From an uncultured Coriobacteriaceae bacterium (GTDB lineage: Bacteria; Actinomycetota; Coriobacteriia; Coriobacteriales; UMGS124): 64,000 nucleotides of DNA. The DNA lies in assembly GCA_900539345.1 (NCBI GenBank), contig UQBS01000002.1, positions 15,723 to 79,722 on the forward strand. The letters are read 5' to 3'. The notes under the pieces were generated by a model that saw only the letters and a program-made list of their open reading frames with translations, had not been told where the DNA came from and did not search any database. Both the position numbers and the translations under genes were made by a program. Below are positions 35,211-45,174 of the stretch, piece after piece; the stretch's first letter is position 1, and every line of letters starts with the position of its first letter.

Positions 35211-35459
35211 TTACATGCGCTCGCGGGTGCGGGCGACGATCTTGTTCAGGGTGTTCATTTCCTCGCGCTCCAGCTCAGTGGGGGCGATGGACGCGCCGAA
35301 GTTGGACTCGAGGGCCACGAGCAGCTCGATGGCGGTGAGGGAGTCGAGCACGTCCTCCTCGAAGAGGTCGATATCGGGCTCGTCGCGAATGTCGTCCTCG
35401 CCGGTGATGTCGGCCACGAGGTCGCAAATCTGGTCGAAGAGGTTCTCAGGTGCGCTCAT
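35211..35459 (-). CDS. dltC: D-alanyl carrier protein
   Basis: 82 aa with the phosphopantetheine attachment motif LDSL (EEDVLDSLTAIELL). Confidence 0.9.
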   Translation of the reverse strand: MSAPENLFDQICDLVADITGEDDIRDEPDIDLFEEDVLDSLTAIELLVALESNFGASIAPTELEREEMNTLNKIVARTRERM

Positions 35460-35477
35460 GTTGGGTTCCTTTCGTTG

Positions 35478-36674
35478 TTATGCATTGATGGGGTGCAGTA
35501 CCTGACCGCTGAAAAGGGCAAAGCCGAAGAACACGCAAACCATGGTGACGGCCCACGAGACGATGCGGAACCATCCTTCCTTGCGATGCTTCTTGTAGAA
35601 CTTGCTTTTCTTCTGGAAGGTCTCGCAGCTAGCAAGAAGCACGCCGTGGTACACGCCGTATATCAGGTAGTCCACCGTGAGGCCGTGCCACATGCCCATG
35701 AGGACGAAGTTGATCATGAAGGCGACGCAGGCGCAGGTGAGCGTGGAGGAGAAGAGCTTGCGCTTGAGGGCGAACTGCGTGAAGCGCATGAACACGAAGT
35801 CGCGCAGCCAGCTGGAAAGGCTGATGTGCCAGCGGTTCCAGAAGTCCTTGATGTCGGTGGCGCAGAAGGGTGCGCGGAAGTTGCGCGGCACGTCCACACC
35901 CAGCGCGTAGCCCACGCCCATTGCCATGTGCGAGTAACCTGCGAAATCGAAGAACAGGTACAGGCCGTAGGCAAAGGCGTACACGAGCTGAGTTGCCGCG
36001 AAGGCGCCGCCCGTGGAGGTTCCGATGGCGGCCGGTCCGAACCACATGAGCCACTGTGCGAGCGGGGCAATCACGAACTTATAGAGTGCGCCCACAACGA
36101 ACCAGCCGGCGCCGCGCAGCAAAAGCTCTAGGTAGGCGTCGCGGCCGAGCGTGTCGGTCATGTTTGCCTCGAAGGGGCGGCTACGAAGGATGGGGCCAGA
36201 GGTAAACGTGGGGAAAAACGACAGGAAGTACAGGTAATGCCAGGTCTTTACCTCGCAGATGAGCCCGTCGCGAATCTCGATGAGCATCTGCACGGCCTTG
36301 AAGGTGATGTAGGAGATGCCCAGAAAGCCCAGGAAGTTGGGCTCGAACACCACGCCCACCTTGTAGACGGCCAAAGGTGCGATTTGCACGGCCAGGGCCA
36401 CGCGGTACAGCGCCACCGCGCGAGGCGAGACCTCACGGCCTTCGCCGGGGTTGAAGAGCTTACACACCCACCGGGCAAGTGCGATGGATCCCGCCAGGTA
36501 GCAGACGAAGAAGACAAGCGACGGCAGCGCCTTGCTGTAAAGCAGGGCAAGCATCGCAAGCGACGCCACGCAGCCCCAGGGGGCGATGGGCTTCTCCCGC
36601 ACGCCGAGCACAACGGCCACGGCCACGATGGGGATGAGCAGTATGAAGAATGCCGGGTCGAGGTAGAAGCTCAT
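35478..36674 (-). CDS. dltB: D-alanyl transfer protein DltB (MBOAT family)
   Basis: Multi-TM MBOAT with the conserved FW.RWHISLS.W.RD..F motif (catalytic His). Confidence 0.9.
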   Translation of the reverse strand: MSFYLDPAFFILLIPIVAVAVVLGVREKPIAPWGCVASLAMLALLYSKALPSLVFFVCYLAGSIALARWVCKLFNPGEGREVSPRAVALYRVALAVQIAPLAVYKVGVVFEPNFLGFLGISYITFKAVQMLIEIRDGLICEVKTWHYLYFLSFFPTFTSGPILRSRPFEANMTDTLGRDAYLELLLRGAGWFVVGALYKFVIAPLAQWLMWFGPAAIGTSTGGAFAATQLVYAFAYGLYLFFDFAGYSHMAMGVGYALGVDVPRNFRAPFCATDIKDFWNRWHISLSSWLRDFVFMRFTQFALKRKLFSSTLTCACVAFMINFVLMGMWHGLTVDYLIYGVYHGVLLASCETFQKKSKFYKKHRKEGWFRIVSWAVTMVCVFFGFALFSGQVLHPINA

Positions 36675-36689
36675 GCCTGCTGGCCTGTC

Positions 36690-38297
36690 TTACAGCTCGA
36701 ACATGGCGGCGAGCGCCTTGCGGTCGGCCTTGCCGTTGGAGTTCAGCGGCATGGAGTCGATGTACTTGAAGGAGCTCGGTACCATGTAGGTGGGGAGAGC
36801 CTGCTTGAGCTGGGCCTTGATCTTCTTGGTGAGGGCAAAGCCGCGCGGGGCTTCCAGGTCGGAGGGCACGACGATGGCCGTGAGGTGGGCGATGGAGCCA
36901 CCCTTGCGCACGGGCAGCACGCATGCCATGCGCACCTCGGGCACAGCCACGAGGCACGACTCGATGTCGCCCAGCTCGATGCGGTAGCCGTGGAGCTTCA
37001 CCTGCAGGTCGAGCCTGCCGTGGTAGTAGATGATACCGGAGGGGTCGCGAGTGACCTCGTCGCCCGTGCGGTACGACTTGCGGCCCTGCGCCAGCACCTC
37101 AGGGCAGGAGTGGAAGGCGGCCTCGGTGATGTCGGGGCGCTTCCAGTAGCCGCGGGCCACGGTGTTGCCCACGATGTACATCTCGCCGGGAGTGCCGTCG
37201 GACACCTGTTCGAGCGTGGCGGGGTCCACCACATAGAGGTCGGTGCCGGGCTTGGAGAAGCCGATGGGCAGGGCCTTGTCGGCGCTCAGCATCTCATCGG
37301 TGATGCGGCACAGCGTCACCAGGTCGGTGGACTCGGTGGGGCCGTAGCCGTTGTAGACCTCGACGCGACCGTTGAAACGCTCGCGCACGGCGCGCACGGT
37401 CTCAGGGCGCAGCGTCTCGCCGGCCAGGAGCATGCGGCGCAGGCGCGGCATGAGGGTATCGCCGAAGGATGGATCGGCCAGGCACTGCTCGACAAAGGAA
37501 GGCGTGGAGACCCAGTCCGTGGCGCCCGAACGGCCAAGCGCCTCGAACGTGGCGGCCAGGCTTGCGTCGGCGGCCGCCTCGTTGGCGAAGCACGTGTCGC
37601 CGCGGGTAAGGCCGCAGCACATGTCGGTGATGCTCACGTCGAAGGAGAACGGGGTGCGGTTGAACCACACGCGTCCGCCGAAGTCGGGGTCCTGACCCTC
37701 CGAGAGAGGTTCGTCGAAGGCGTAGTCGCTCGTCATCCAGTCATAGAAGCCGTCGACGCACTCAGTGGTGACCTCAACGCCCTTGGGCGTGCCGGTGCTG
37801 CCCGAGGTGAAGAGGATGTAGTAGGTGTCCTCGGCGCCCAGGCCTTCCAGGGCGTGGGCCTGCTCGGCGCTGAAAGGCTGGGCGCATGCGGCCGCGAGCT
37901 CCTCGGGGCCGATGCAAGGAGCACCCATCTCGGGGGCGTTTGCCTGGGTGAACGTGCCAATGGTGTCAAGCACGGCAGTGGGTGCGACCTGGGAGGCGAT
38001 GTTTGCCACGCGCTCAGCGGGGTAGACCGTGTCGACAGGCGCATAGGCATGGCCCGATTTCACGCAAGCCAGGAAGCTCACGAGCATAAGGGGCGACTTG
38101 TGGCCGTACACCACAAGCGGGGCCTTTGCGGGAATGTCGGGGTGGCCGGCGATCCAGCAGGCAAGGGCATCTGAGGCGCGGCGCAGCTGCGAGAACGTGA
38201 TGCGCTCGCCGTCGCTGTTGACGAAGGCGACGCGGTTCGGCACGAGGTCGGCCTGGGCGTCTACGGCTTTGACAAAGGCGCTAGCGATCACAGTCAA
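36690..38297 (-). CDS. dltA: D-alanine--D-alanyl carrier protein ligase
   Basis: Adenylation-domain motifs: YILFTSGSTGTPKGV, GYGPTE, YRTGD, GRLDLQVKLHGYRIELGDIE. The track start is the TTG at 38297; the GTG at 38291 has better SD spacing (AGGGAG + 8 nt). Confidence 0.9.
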   Translation of the reverse strand: MTVIASAFVKAVDAQADLVPNRVAFVNSDGERITFSQLRRASDALACWIAGHPDIPAKAPLVVYGHKSPLMLVSFLACVKSGHAYAPVDTVYPAERVANIASQVAPTAVLDTIGTFTQANAPEMGAPCIGPEELAAACAQPFSAEQAHALEGLGAEDTYYILFTSGSTGTPKGVEVTTECVDGFYDWMTSDYAFDEPLSEGQDPDFGGRVWFNRTPFSFDVSITDMCCGLTRGDTCFANEAAADASLAATFEALGRSGATDWVSTPSFVEQCLADPSFGDTLMPRLRRMLLAGETLRPETVRAVRERFNGRVEVYNGYGPTESTDLVTLCRITDEMLSADKALPIGFSKPGTDLYVVDPATLEQVSDGTPGEMYIVGNTVARGYWKRPDITEAAFHSCPEVLAQGRKSYRTGDEVTRDPSGIIYYHGRLDLQVKLHGYRIELGDIESCLVAVPEVRMACVLPVRKGGSIAHLTAIVVPSDLEAPRGFALTKKIKAQLKQALPTYMVPSSFKYIDSMPLNSNGKADRKALAAMFEL

Positions 38298-38346
38298 GTC
38301 TCCCTACTCAGCATTCAGTACCAAATCAAAAGCGGCCCGAGCGCAA

Positions 38347-38556
38347 CGTGGCACATCAGGTTCCGCCTCCCACCAAAAAGCGGGTTCTGATGCGCAAGGC
38401 GCGCAGGGCCGACGTGTACTGGGGTACTCTAGGTCCTGCGGAACGCGGCGCATCAGGTTCCGCCCATACACACGCAGGTTCTGGCCTGCAAGGCGTCGGG
38501 AGGCGATGCGTACTAGATGTACGTGAGCCTCCCGAGAACGCAGCAGGCCAGGTTCT
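38347..38556. repeat. family A nested-hairpin repeat array, locus 3 (about 2.2 units)
   Basis: Same unit and orientation as locus 2. Variable stems are GCAGGGCC/GGTCCTGC and TCGGGAGGC/GCCTCCCGA. Occupies most of the 269-nt gap upstream of dltA. Confidence 0.9.
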
Positions 38557-38566
38557 GCATCACACC

Positions 38567-38794
38567 CTAGTTGTTGTTGATAACGGGAAGGTCGTCGCCG
38601 TAGCAGTTATCCTGCTCGCCCTCGCCTGCGTTGTTGTCCGAGGAAGCGGGCTGCGAGGCAGCGGGCGTGGCGCTCTGCACCGTGGTGCCCTGCTGCTCCT
38701 GCTCGCCGCAACCGGTGAGTGCGAGGGCACCGGCGGCCAGAAGGGCGGCACCGGCAAGCACGACGATGTTCTTGAGAGAGTTGGTGCGGGTCAT
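38567..38794 (-). CDS. small acidic lipoprotein (75 aa)
   Basis: Signal peptide with lipobox LALTGC; GGAGG RBS before the ATG at 38794. The mature part is low-complexity, Q/E/S/N-rich. Confidence 0.6.
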   Translation of the reverse strand: MTRTNSLKNIVVLAGAALLAAGALALTGCGEQEQQGTTVQSATPAASQPASSDNNAGEGEQDNCYGDDLPVINNN

Positions 38795-39122
38795 GTATAC
38801 CTCCAGGGGGAGTGTCGGTAAGAATAGCCAAACATGCAACGCTACATGGTAGCCCATGCGACGGCCCGCCGACTGCACGCGTCGGCCCGCAACAAACTTA
38901 ACAGCTATATTAAATAGGGGGAGGCGCGGGATTTGAATGCGAGTGCCGCCAACAGGTCTTCCCTGAATAATTAATCCCACTTATTCAAACCAATATTTCC
39001 ATTCAAGTTTGAGTTTATGCCGTCGAACCGAAACGATAAGGAAATCTCCACATCCCCGTGTTGAAACACAAATCGCGGGTTTACCATCTGCGCGTTCGAT
39101 ATCGCCTTGAGGAAAAGGAACC

Positions 39123-39734
39123 ATGGACGACCAGACGATGGGGCACGACCCAGCCGCGCAGGCGCAGACGCTCATTATGCGCCAGGATGTATCCGAGCGC
39201 GCCAGGACTATGCTCAAGCGTCTTTTGGCTGCCCATGAAGTGTGGTTCGACGTGGAGCGCGATCGCACGGTCGCCGGTCGCGTCTTCCCCGGGGTTGCGG
39301 AGTACCACGAGCAGGGTGAGCGCTATGTGCTCACCAAGAGGGCCAAGCTCTGGGAGGTTGCCAGCAACGAATACGTTTTCTTCGACACCGTCGGGTTTCT
39401 CGAAGAAGGCGCATTCGAGGAGATGGTCTCCTTCATGAAGCAAAAGGCGCTCCCCGAGATGGTGCATCCGCATCCCGACCACATGTTCTCCAACCTCTCC
39501 CTGGTGCTCATCGCAGACTCGGTTGCCCCCGAGGTCGCGAAGGCCGTGCGTCGCACGCGCTTCCGCAAGAACTACAAGTGGGGCATCTGGGGCTGGAGTG
39601 ACCTGCGGGTCGCCGTGGTGGACCTGGGGGAAGGCGAGTTCGGACGCGTGATGACAAACGCCGCAGGCAAGATCATCAAGAAGAACCTTGAGGCAAACCT
39701 GGCGCCTGCGGCACGGGAAAAGAAGGAGGACTGA
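39123..39734 (+). CDS. hypothetical protein (203 aa), likely co-transcribed with cstA
   Basis: Clean ORF with GAGGAAAAGGAA before the ATG. Ends 5 nt before the cstA start. No recognisable family. Confidence 0.55.
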   Translation: MDDQTMGHDPAAQAQTLIMRQDVSERARTMLKRLLAAHEVWFDVERDRTVAGRVFPGVAEYHEQGERYVLTKRAKLWEVASNEYVFFDTVGFLEEGAFEEMVSFMKQKALPEMVHPHPDHMFSNLSLVLIADSVAPEVAKAVRRTRFRKNYKWGIWGWSDLRVAVVDLGEGEFGRVMTNAAGKIIKKNLEANLAPAAREKKED

Positions 39735-39739
39735 AGAGA

Positions 39740-41509
39740 ATGAACGCGACACTCGTTCTTCTCGCCGCGATCGTCGTCCTCGTCGTGGGCTATGTCGCCT
39801 ACGGCGGATGGCTCGCGAAGCAGTGGGGTCTCGACGACAGCAACGTCACCCCTGCGCATGCTCTTGAGGACGGCACCGACTACGTGCCCGCCAAGCCCTA
39901 CGTGGTGCTCGGCCACCACTTCTCGTCCATTGCCGGCGCCGGTCCCGTCAACGGCCCCATCCAGGCTGCCATCTTCGGCTGGGTGCCGGTGCTCCTGTGG
40001 ATTCTCATCGGCGGCATCTTCTTCGGCGCCATGCACGACTTCGGCGCCCTGTTTGCCTCGCTTCGCCACAAGGGCCAGACGATGGCCCAGGTCGTGGCGG
40101 CCAACATCGATGACGGGGCCAAGAAGCTCTTCATCGTCTTCGCGTACCTCACGCTGATTCTCGTTGTGGCTGCCTTCGCCTCCATCGTGGCCTCCACCTT
40201 TGCCGTGACGGCCGACGCCAACGGCGTGATCGACATGTCCGAGGGCTCCACGAACCTGGCCAACGCCCGCACCGCCATGATCTCGGTGCTCTTCATCATC
40301 TTCGCCATCGCTTGGGGCGCCCTCACCCGCGGCCGCAACCTGCCTGGTCCCGTGAACATCGTGGGCGCCATCGCCCTCATCGTGGTCATCGTCGTCCTCG
40401 GCTATAACATGCCGTTCATCCAGCTCGACGCCACTACTTGGATGTGGCTCGTGGGTGCCTACATCCTCATCGCCTCGGTTGCCCCGGTTTGGATCCTGCT
40501 CCAGCCTCGCGACTATCTGTCGAGCTACCTGCTCTACGGTATGATTGCCCTGGCCCTCGTGGGCGTCATCGGCGCCGGCATCACGGGCAACCTGGGCGAC
40601 TCCGCCTCCATCCCGGCTTTCACTGCCTTCAACGTCGACGCTTCGGTGAAGGGCGCCAGCAAGGTTGCCACCTCCGGCTTCCTGTTCCCGGCCCTGTTTA
40701 TCACCATCGCCTGCGGCGCCATTTCCGGCTTCCACTCGCTGGTCGCCTCCGGCACTACCTCCAAGCAGCTCGACCGTGAGACCCAGGCAAAGCCGATCGC
40801 CTACGGCGGCATGCTCCTCGAGTGCCTCGTGGCCGTCATCTCCCTGTGCGCCGTCGCCTTCGTGTTCAACGGCTACATGGACGGCACCTACGCTTCCCCC
40901 ACGGCGGTCTTCGCCGGCGGCCTGTCCAAGATGCTCGCCTGCGTCTTCGGCGCGGGTGCCGAGTCCATCGCGTACTCGCTGCTCATTCTGGCCGTGTCGG
41001 TGTTCTGCCTCACCTCGCTCGACACCGCCACCCGCCTTGCCCGTTACATGTTCCAGGAGTTCTTCATCCCCGTGGGCAAGACCGTCGACGACGTCACCGG
41101 CTTCAAGAAGGTCCTCGTGAACCCCTGGGTCGGCACCATCATCACCGTCCTTGCCGGCGTGCTTCTGGGCCTGCACGGCTACACGCTCATCTGGCCGCTC
41201 TTCGGCGCCGCCAACCAGCTGCTCGCCGCGCTCGGCCTGCTCGCCGTGGCTGCCTTCCTGGGCAACATTGGCAAGAACAACAAGATGTTCTACATCCCCA
41301 TGCTGTTCATGCTCATCGTCACGCTGTCCTCGCTGTGCCTGACCATCCAGGCCAAGGCCGCCATCATCTTCGGCGGCGGCCTCACCGAGGCCAACACGGC
41401 TGCGACGCTCATGCAGTTCATCCTCGGCATCATCCTGGTCGTCCTCGCCATCATTCTGGCAGTCAAGGGCTGCAAGACCATCTTTGGCAAGAAGAAGGCC
41501 GTCGCTTAA
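39740..41509 (+). CDS. cstA: carbon starvation protein A (peptide/pyruvate transporter family)
   Basis: CstA N-terminal signature (DG.DYVP....V..GHHF.SIAGAGP..GP..AA.FGW.P..LWI..G..F.GA.HDF) and about 16 TM segments. Confidence 0.9.
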   Translation: MNATLVLLAAIVVLVVGYVAYGGWLAKQWGLDDSNVTPAHALEDGTDYVPAKPYVVLGHHFSSIAGAGPVNGPIQAAIFGWVPVLLWILIGGIFFGAMHDFGALFASLRHKGQTMAQVVAANIDDGAKKLFIVFAYLTLILVVAAFASIVASTFAVTADANGVIDMSEGSTNLANARTAMISVLFIIFAIAWGALTRGRNLPGPVNIVGAIALIVVIVVLGYNMPFIQLDATTWMWLVGAYILIASVAPVWILLQPRDYLSSYLLYGMIALALVGVIGAGITGNLGDSASIPAFTAFNVDASVKGASKVATSGFLFPALFITIACGAISGFHSLVASGTTSKQLDRETQAKPIAYGGMLLECLVAVISLCAVAFVFNGYMDGTYASPTAVFAGGLSKMLACVFGAGAESIAYSLLILAVSVFCLTSLDTATRLARYMFQEFFIPVGKTVDDVTGFKKVLVNPWVGTIITVLAGVLLGLHGYTLIWPLFGAANQLLAALGLLAVAAFLGNIGKNNKMFYIPMLFMLIVTLSSLCLTIQAKAAIIFGGGLTEANTAATLMQFILGIILVVLAIILAVKGCKTIFGKKKAVA

Positions 41510-41539
41510 GGCGCACCCATATTGCCAAGTGCTTCCCAG

Positions 41540-41574
41540 GCCGTCGTCCGCATTGTGCGGGCGGCGGCTTTTTT
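41540..41574 (+). terminator. intrinsic terminator after cstA
   Basis: 12-bp stem GCCGTCGTCCGC/GCGGGCGGCGGC (with G-U pairs) followed by T6. Confidence 0.8.
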
Positions 41575-41615
41575 CATGGCGCAAGGGAGCATGCGGCGGT
41601 CTGCGTGGTCGCCGC

Positions 41616-41752
41616 CAGCCTTCCCAGATGAGCATGCAAGAACACCCCGCCCGGCCTTTCCTGATGGGCACGAATATGTGCATCCGGCCTCCCTAGATGA
41701 GCCTGTGTGGGTGTACTTGGCCTCTCCCGATGGGCCCACATGAAGTGCCTCG
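41616..41752. repeat. four degenerate tandem repeats (33-36-nt period) in the gdhA upstream region
   Basis: GCCTTCCCAGATGAGC (41618), GCCTTTCCTGATGGGC (41654), GCCTCCCTAGATGAGC (41687), GCCTCTCCCGATGGGC (41720). Confidence 0.7.
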
Positions 41753-41878
41753 GGGCCGTTAACACAGCGCCATCCAATCAGAAATCAAGCTGCAACACCT
41801 CATCTGCCTGGTATGGAGAAGTGTCAATAGACTATTTCCTCACTGTTAAATCAGCCTTGTGAGCCTGTTTCCCAATAG

Positions 41879-43378
<1,500 letters not shown>

Positions 43379-43404
43379 TCTTCTTGTATCGTTTTGTGTG
43401 ACAA

Positions 43405-43444
43405 GGCGGTCCTGCAACCAATTTGGCTGCGGGACCGCTTTTTT
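43405..43444 (+). terminator. intrinsic terminator after gdhA
   Basis: Stem GCGGTCCTGC/GCGGGACCGC followed by T6. Confidence 0.75.
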
Positions 43445-43612
43445 GTTGTGCGTGATGCGAAGCGGCTGTATGTGGGGTAGCCTAAGCGCCTGAACGGATC
43501 GAAGGGAAAGGATGGCCATGTCAACCTCAGGCATAGAGCGTCATGCCGAGGACTTCTTCGCGTATGCGCATGAAGTCATCGACGCAGGCAGGCGCGTCTT
43601 GAGGCTGGTTTT

Positions 43613-44104
43613 GTGCAGCATGGAAGCACCTCGACGCTGCTGCACTCGCTTGCCGTTGCTGCCCGCGCCGACACCATGGCGCGTGTCTTTGGGTGCACTG
43701 AGCATCTGCTTGAGATTCGTCGCGCGGCGCTCTTGCATGACTACTACCTTTATGACTGGCATGTGCGTGGCGACAGCAGCGCCGGGCATGCCACCCATCA
43801 TGCGGCCCGTGCGCTGGCGAACGCGCTTGAGGACTATCCCGACCTCACCGAGCGCGAATGCGACGCAATCCGTTGCCACATGTTCCCGATCAACCCCACA
43901 CCCCCGCGATATAGCGTGGGATGGTTTGTGACCTGCGCCGACAAGGTGTGCGCCTCGCACGAGACGTTCATGCGTTCGGAGCTGGCGTATCCCATGCTGC
44001 GTCGGCTTGCCGCTCTCTACATGCCCGATGTCGACTTGGGCGTGACACCTGCTGGTCTCGTCGTTGTGCCTGCGCAGCACCTCGTTCGCGAGGGGGTGCG
44101 GTAG
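43613..44104 (+). CDS. HD-domain phosphohydrolase; possibly frameshifted, with N-terminal codons in another frame from 43512
   Basis: QHGSTS..HSL.VA, LLHDYYLYDWH and HMFP motifs. See the frameshift finding for the T4 run at 43609-43612. Confidence 0.7.
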   Translation: MQHGSTSTLLHSLAVAARADTMARVFGCTEHLLEIRRAALLHDYYLYDWHVRGDSSAGHATHHAARALANALEDYPDLTERECDAIRCHMFPINPTPPRYSVGWFVTCADKVCASHETFMRSELAYPMLRRLAALYMPDVDLGVTPAGLVVVPAQHLVREGVR

Positions 44105-44105
44105 C

Positions 44106-45083
44106 TTGGATCAGCTTGCGGGCTTTGATTTCGCTTTGGTGTATTGGGTCGCCCGGATGGTGGCGTCCTTCTTCGCCTATTCGTTTGCAGGTTGGCTCTT
44201 CGAGGTCATCATCTCGCTTTTCCAGCACCATCGTTTTGTCGACCGAGGGTTCTCGTTTGGCCCGGTGTGTCCCATCTACGGCGTCGGCGCGCTTCTGGCG
44301 GTGCTGTTTCTCTCGCACCTGACCGACCCCCTCGTTCAGTTTGTGGTGGGGTTCTTTGCCGCGGGTGTCCTTGAGTTTTCGACCTCTTGGGTGATGGAGC
44401 GCATGTTCCATGCGCGTTGGTGGGACTACTCCAACATCCCGCTTAACATCAACGGCCGCATCTGCGTGCCTGGGCTGCTTCTGTTCAGCACACTCATGCT
44501 GTGCGTGAACTTCTTTGCCCAGCCCGCCCTGGAGGGCCTGTTCGACCTTGTGCCCGCGCAGGCGCTCGTGATGGCGACGACCGCCGCGTCTGTCGTGTTT
44601 GCTGTTGACCTCACGGCCAGCTTTATCCATATGCGGGGCATGCTCGAGAAGGTACGTGGCATTCAGGGCGTTGTTTCTGATCTTTCGGAGCGGGCGCATG
44701 ATGCCCTCGACACGCTTGTTGATTTCAAAGACGGTCTGATGGAAAACATCAAGTCAATCGCGGACCCTGTCGTGCGTGAGGAGCTGCAGCTCAAGCTGAG
44801 GGGCGCCTGGCGCGACACGTGGTCGGGCTACGAGCGCAAGTCCATGCGCGACCCGCGCTTCAGGTTCACCCAGTACGGTGAGACGTTTGAGATGCTGCGC
44901 CGTGTGCGCCCCTGGATAAAGAAGAAGGCGGCAGACATGTCCGACTCGCTGACGGCCGTGACCTCGAAGGTTGACGGCCGAGGGGACACGGCGCCCGCGG
45001 AAGATGAAGAGCCGTCCGCGGCACGGAACCAAGGACAGGCATGCCCTGCGGAACCAAGCAAGCATGCAGGTGATGTACACTAA
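44106..45083 (+). CDS. multi-TM membrane protein (resembles the 'putative ABC-transporter type IV' / DUF1113-type family) with a soluble C-terminal tail
   Basis: FFAYSFAGWLFEV, GPVCPIYGVGA, and RWWDYS motifs as I recall for that family. Start is uncertain (TTG at 44106 or ATG at 44157). Confidence 0.55.
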   Translation: MDQLAGFDFALVYWVARMVASFFAYSFAGWLFEVIISLFQHHRFVDRGFSFGPVCPIYGVGALLAVLFLSHLTDPLVQFVVGFFAAGVLEFSTSWVMERMFHARWWDYSNIPLNINGRICVPGLLLFSTLMLCVNFFAQPALEGLFDLVPAQALVMATTAASVVFAVDLTASFIHMRGMLEKVRGIQGVVSDLSERAHDALDTLVDFKDGLMENIKSIADPVVREELQLKLRGAWRDTWSGYERKSMRDPRFRFTQYGETFEMLRRVRPWIKKKAADMSDSLTAVTSKVDGRGDTAPAEDEEPSAARNQGQACPAEPSKHAGDVH

Positions 45084-45174
45084 GAGCAGTTGTTAGGGCG
45101 AAGTGATGTGCCCGGAGAAGACAGCGCGCTTGAGGCTGCGACGGGGCACATCGCGTAGAGCGAAGGAGATGCTC

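Noticed and set aside
34557-38174. 524-aa and 645-aa plus-strand ORFs (34557-36131, 36237-38174)
   Set aside because: They are antisense to dltD/dltC/dltB/dltA, all of which have diagnostic motifs on the minus strand.
39572-41683. 703-aa minus-strand ORF
   Set aside because: It is antisense to cstA, with a Gly/Asp/Glu/His low-complexity translation.
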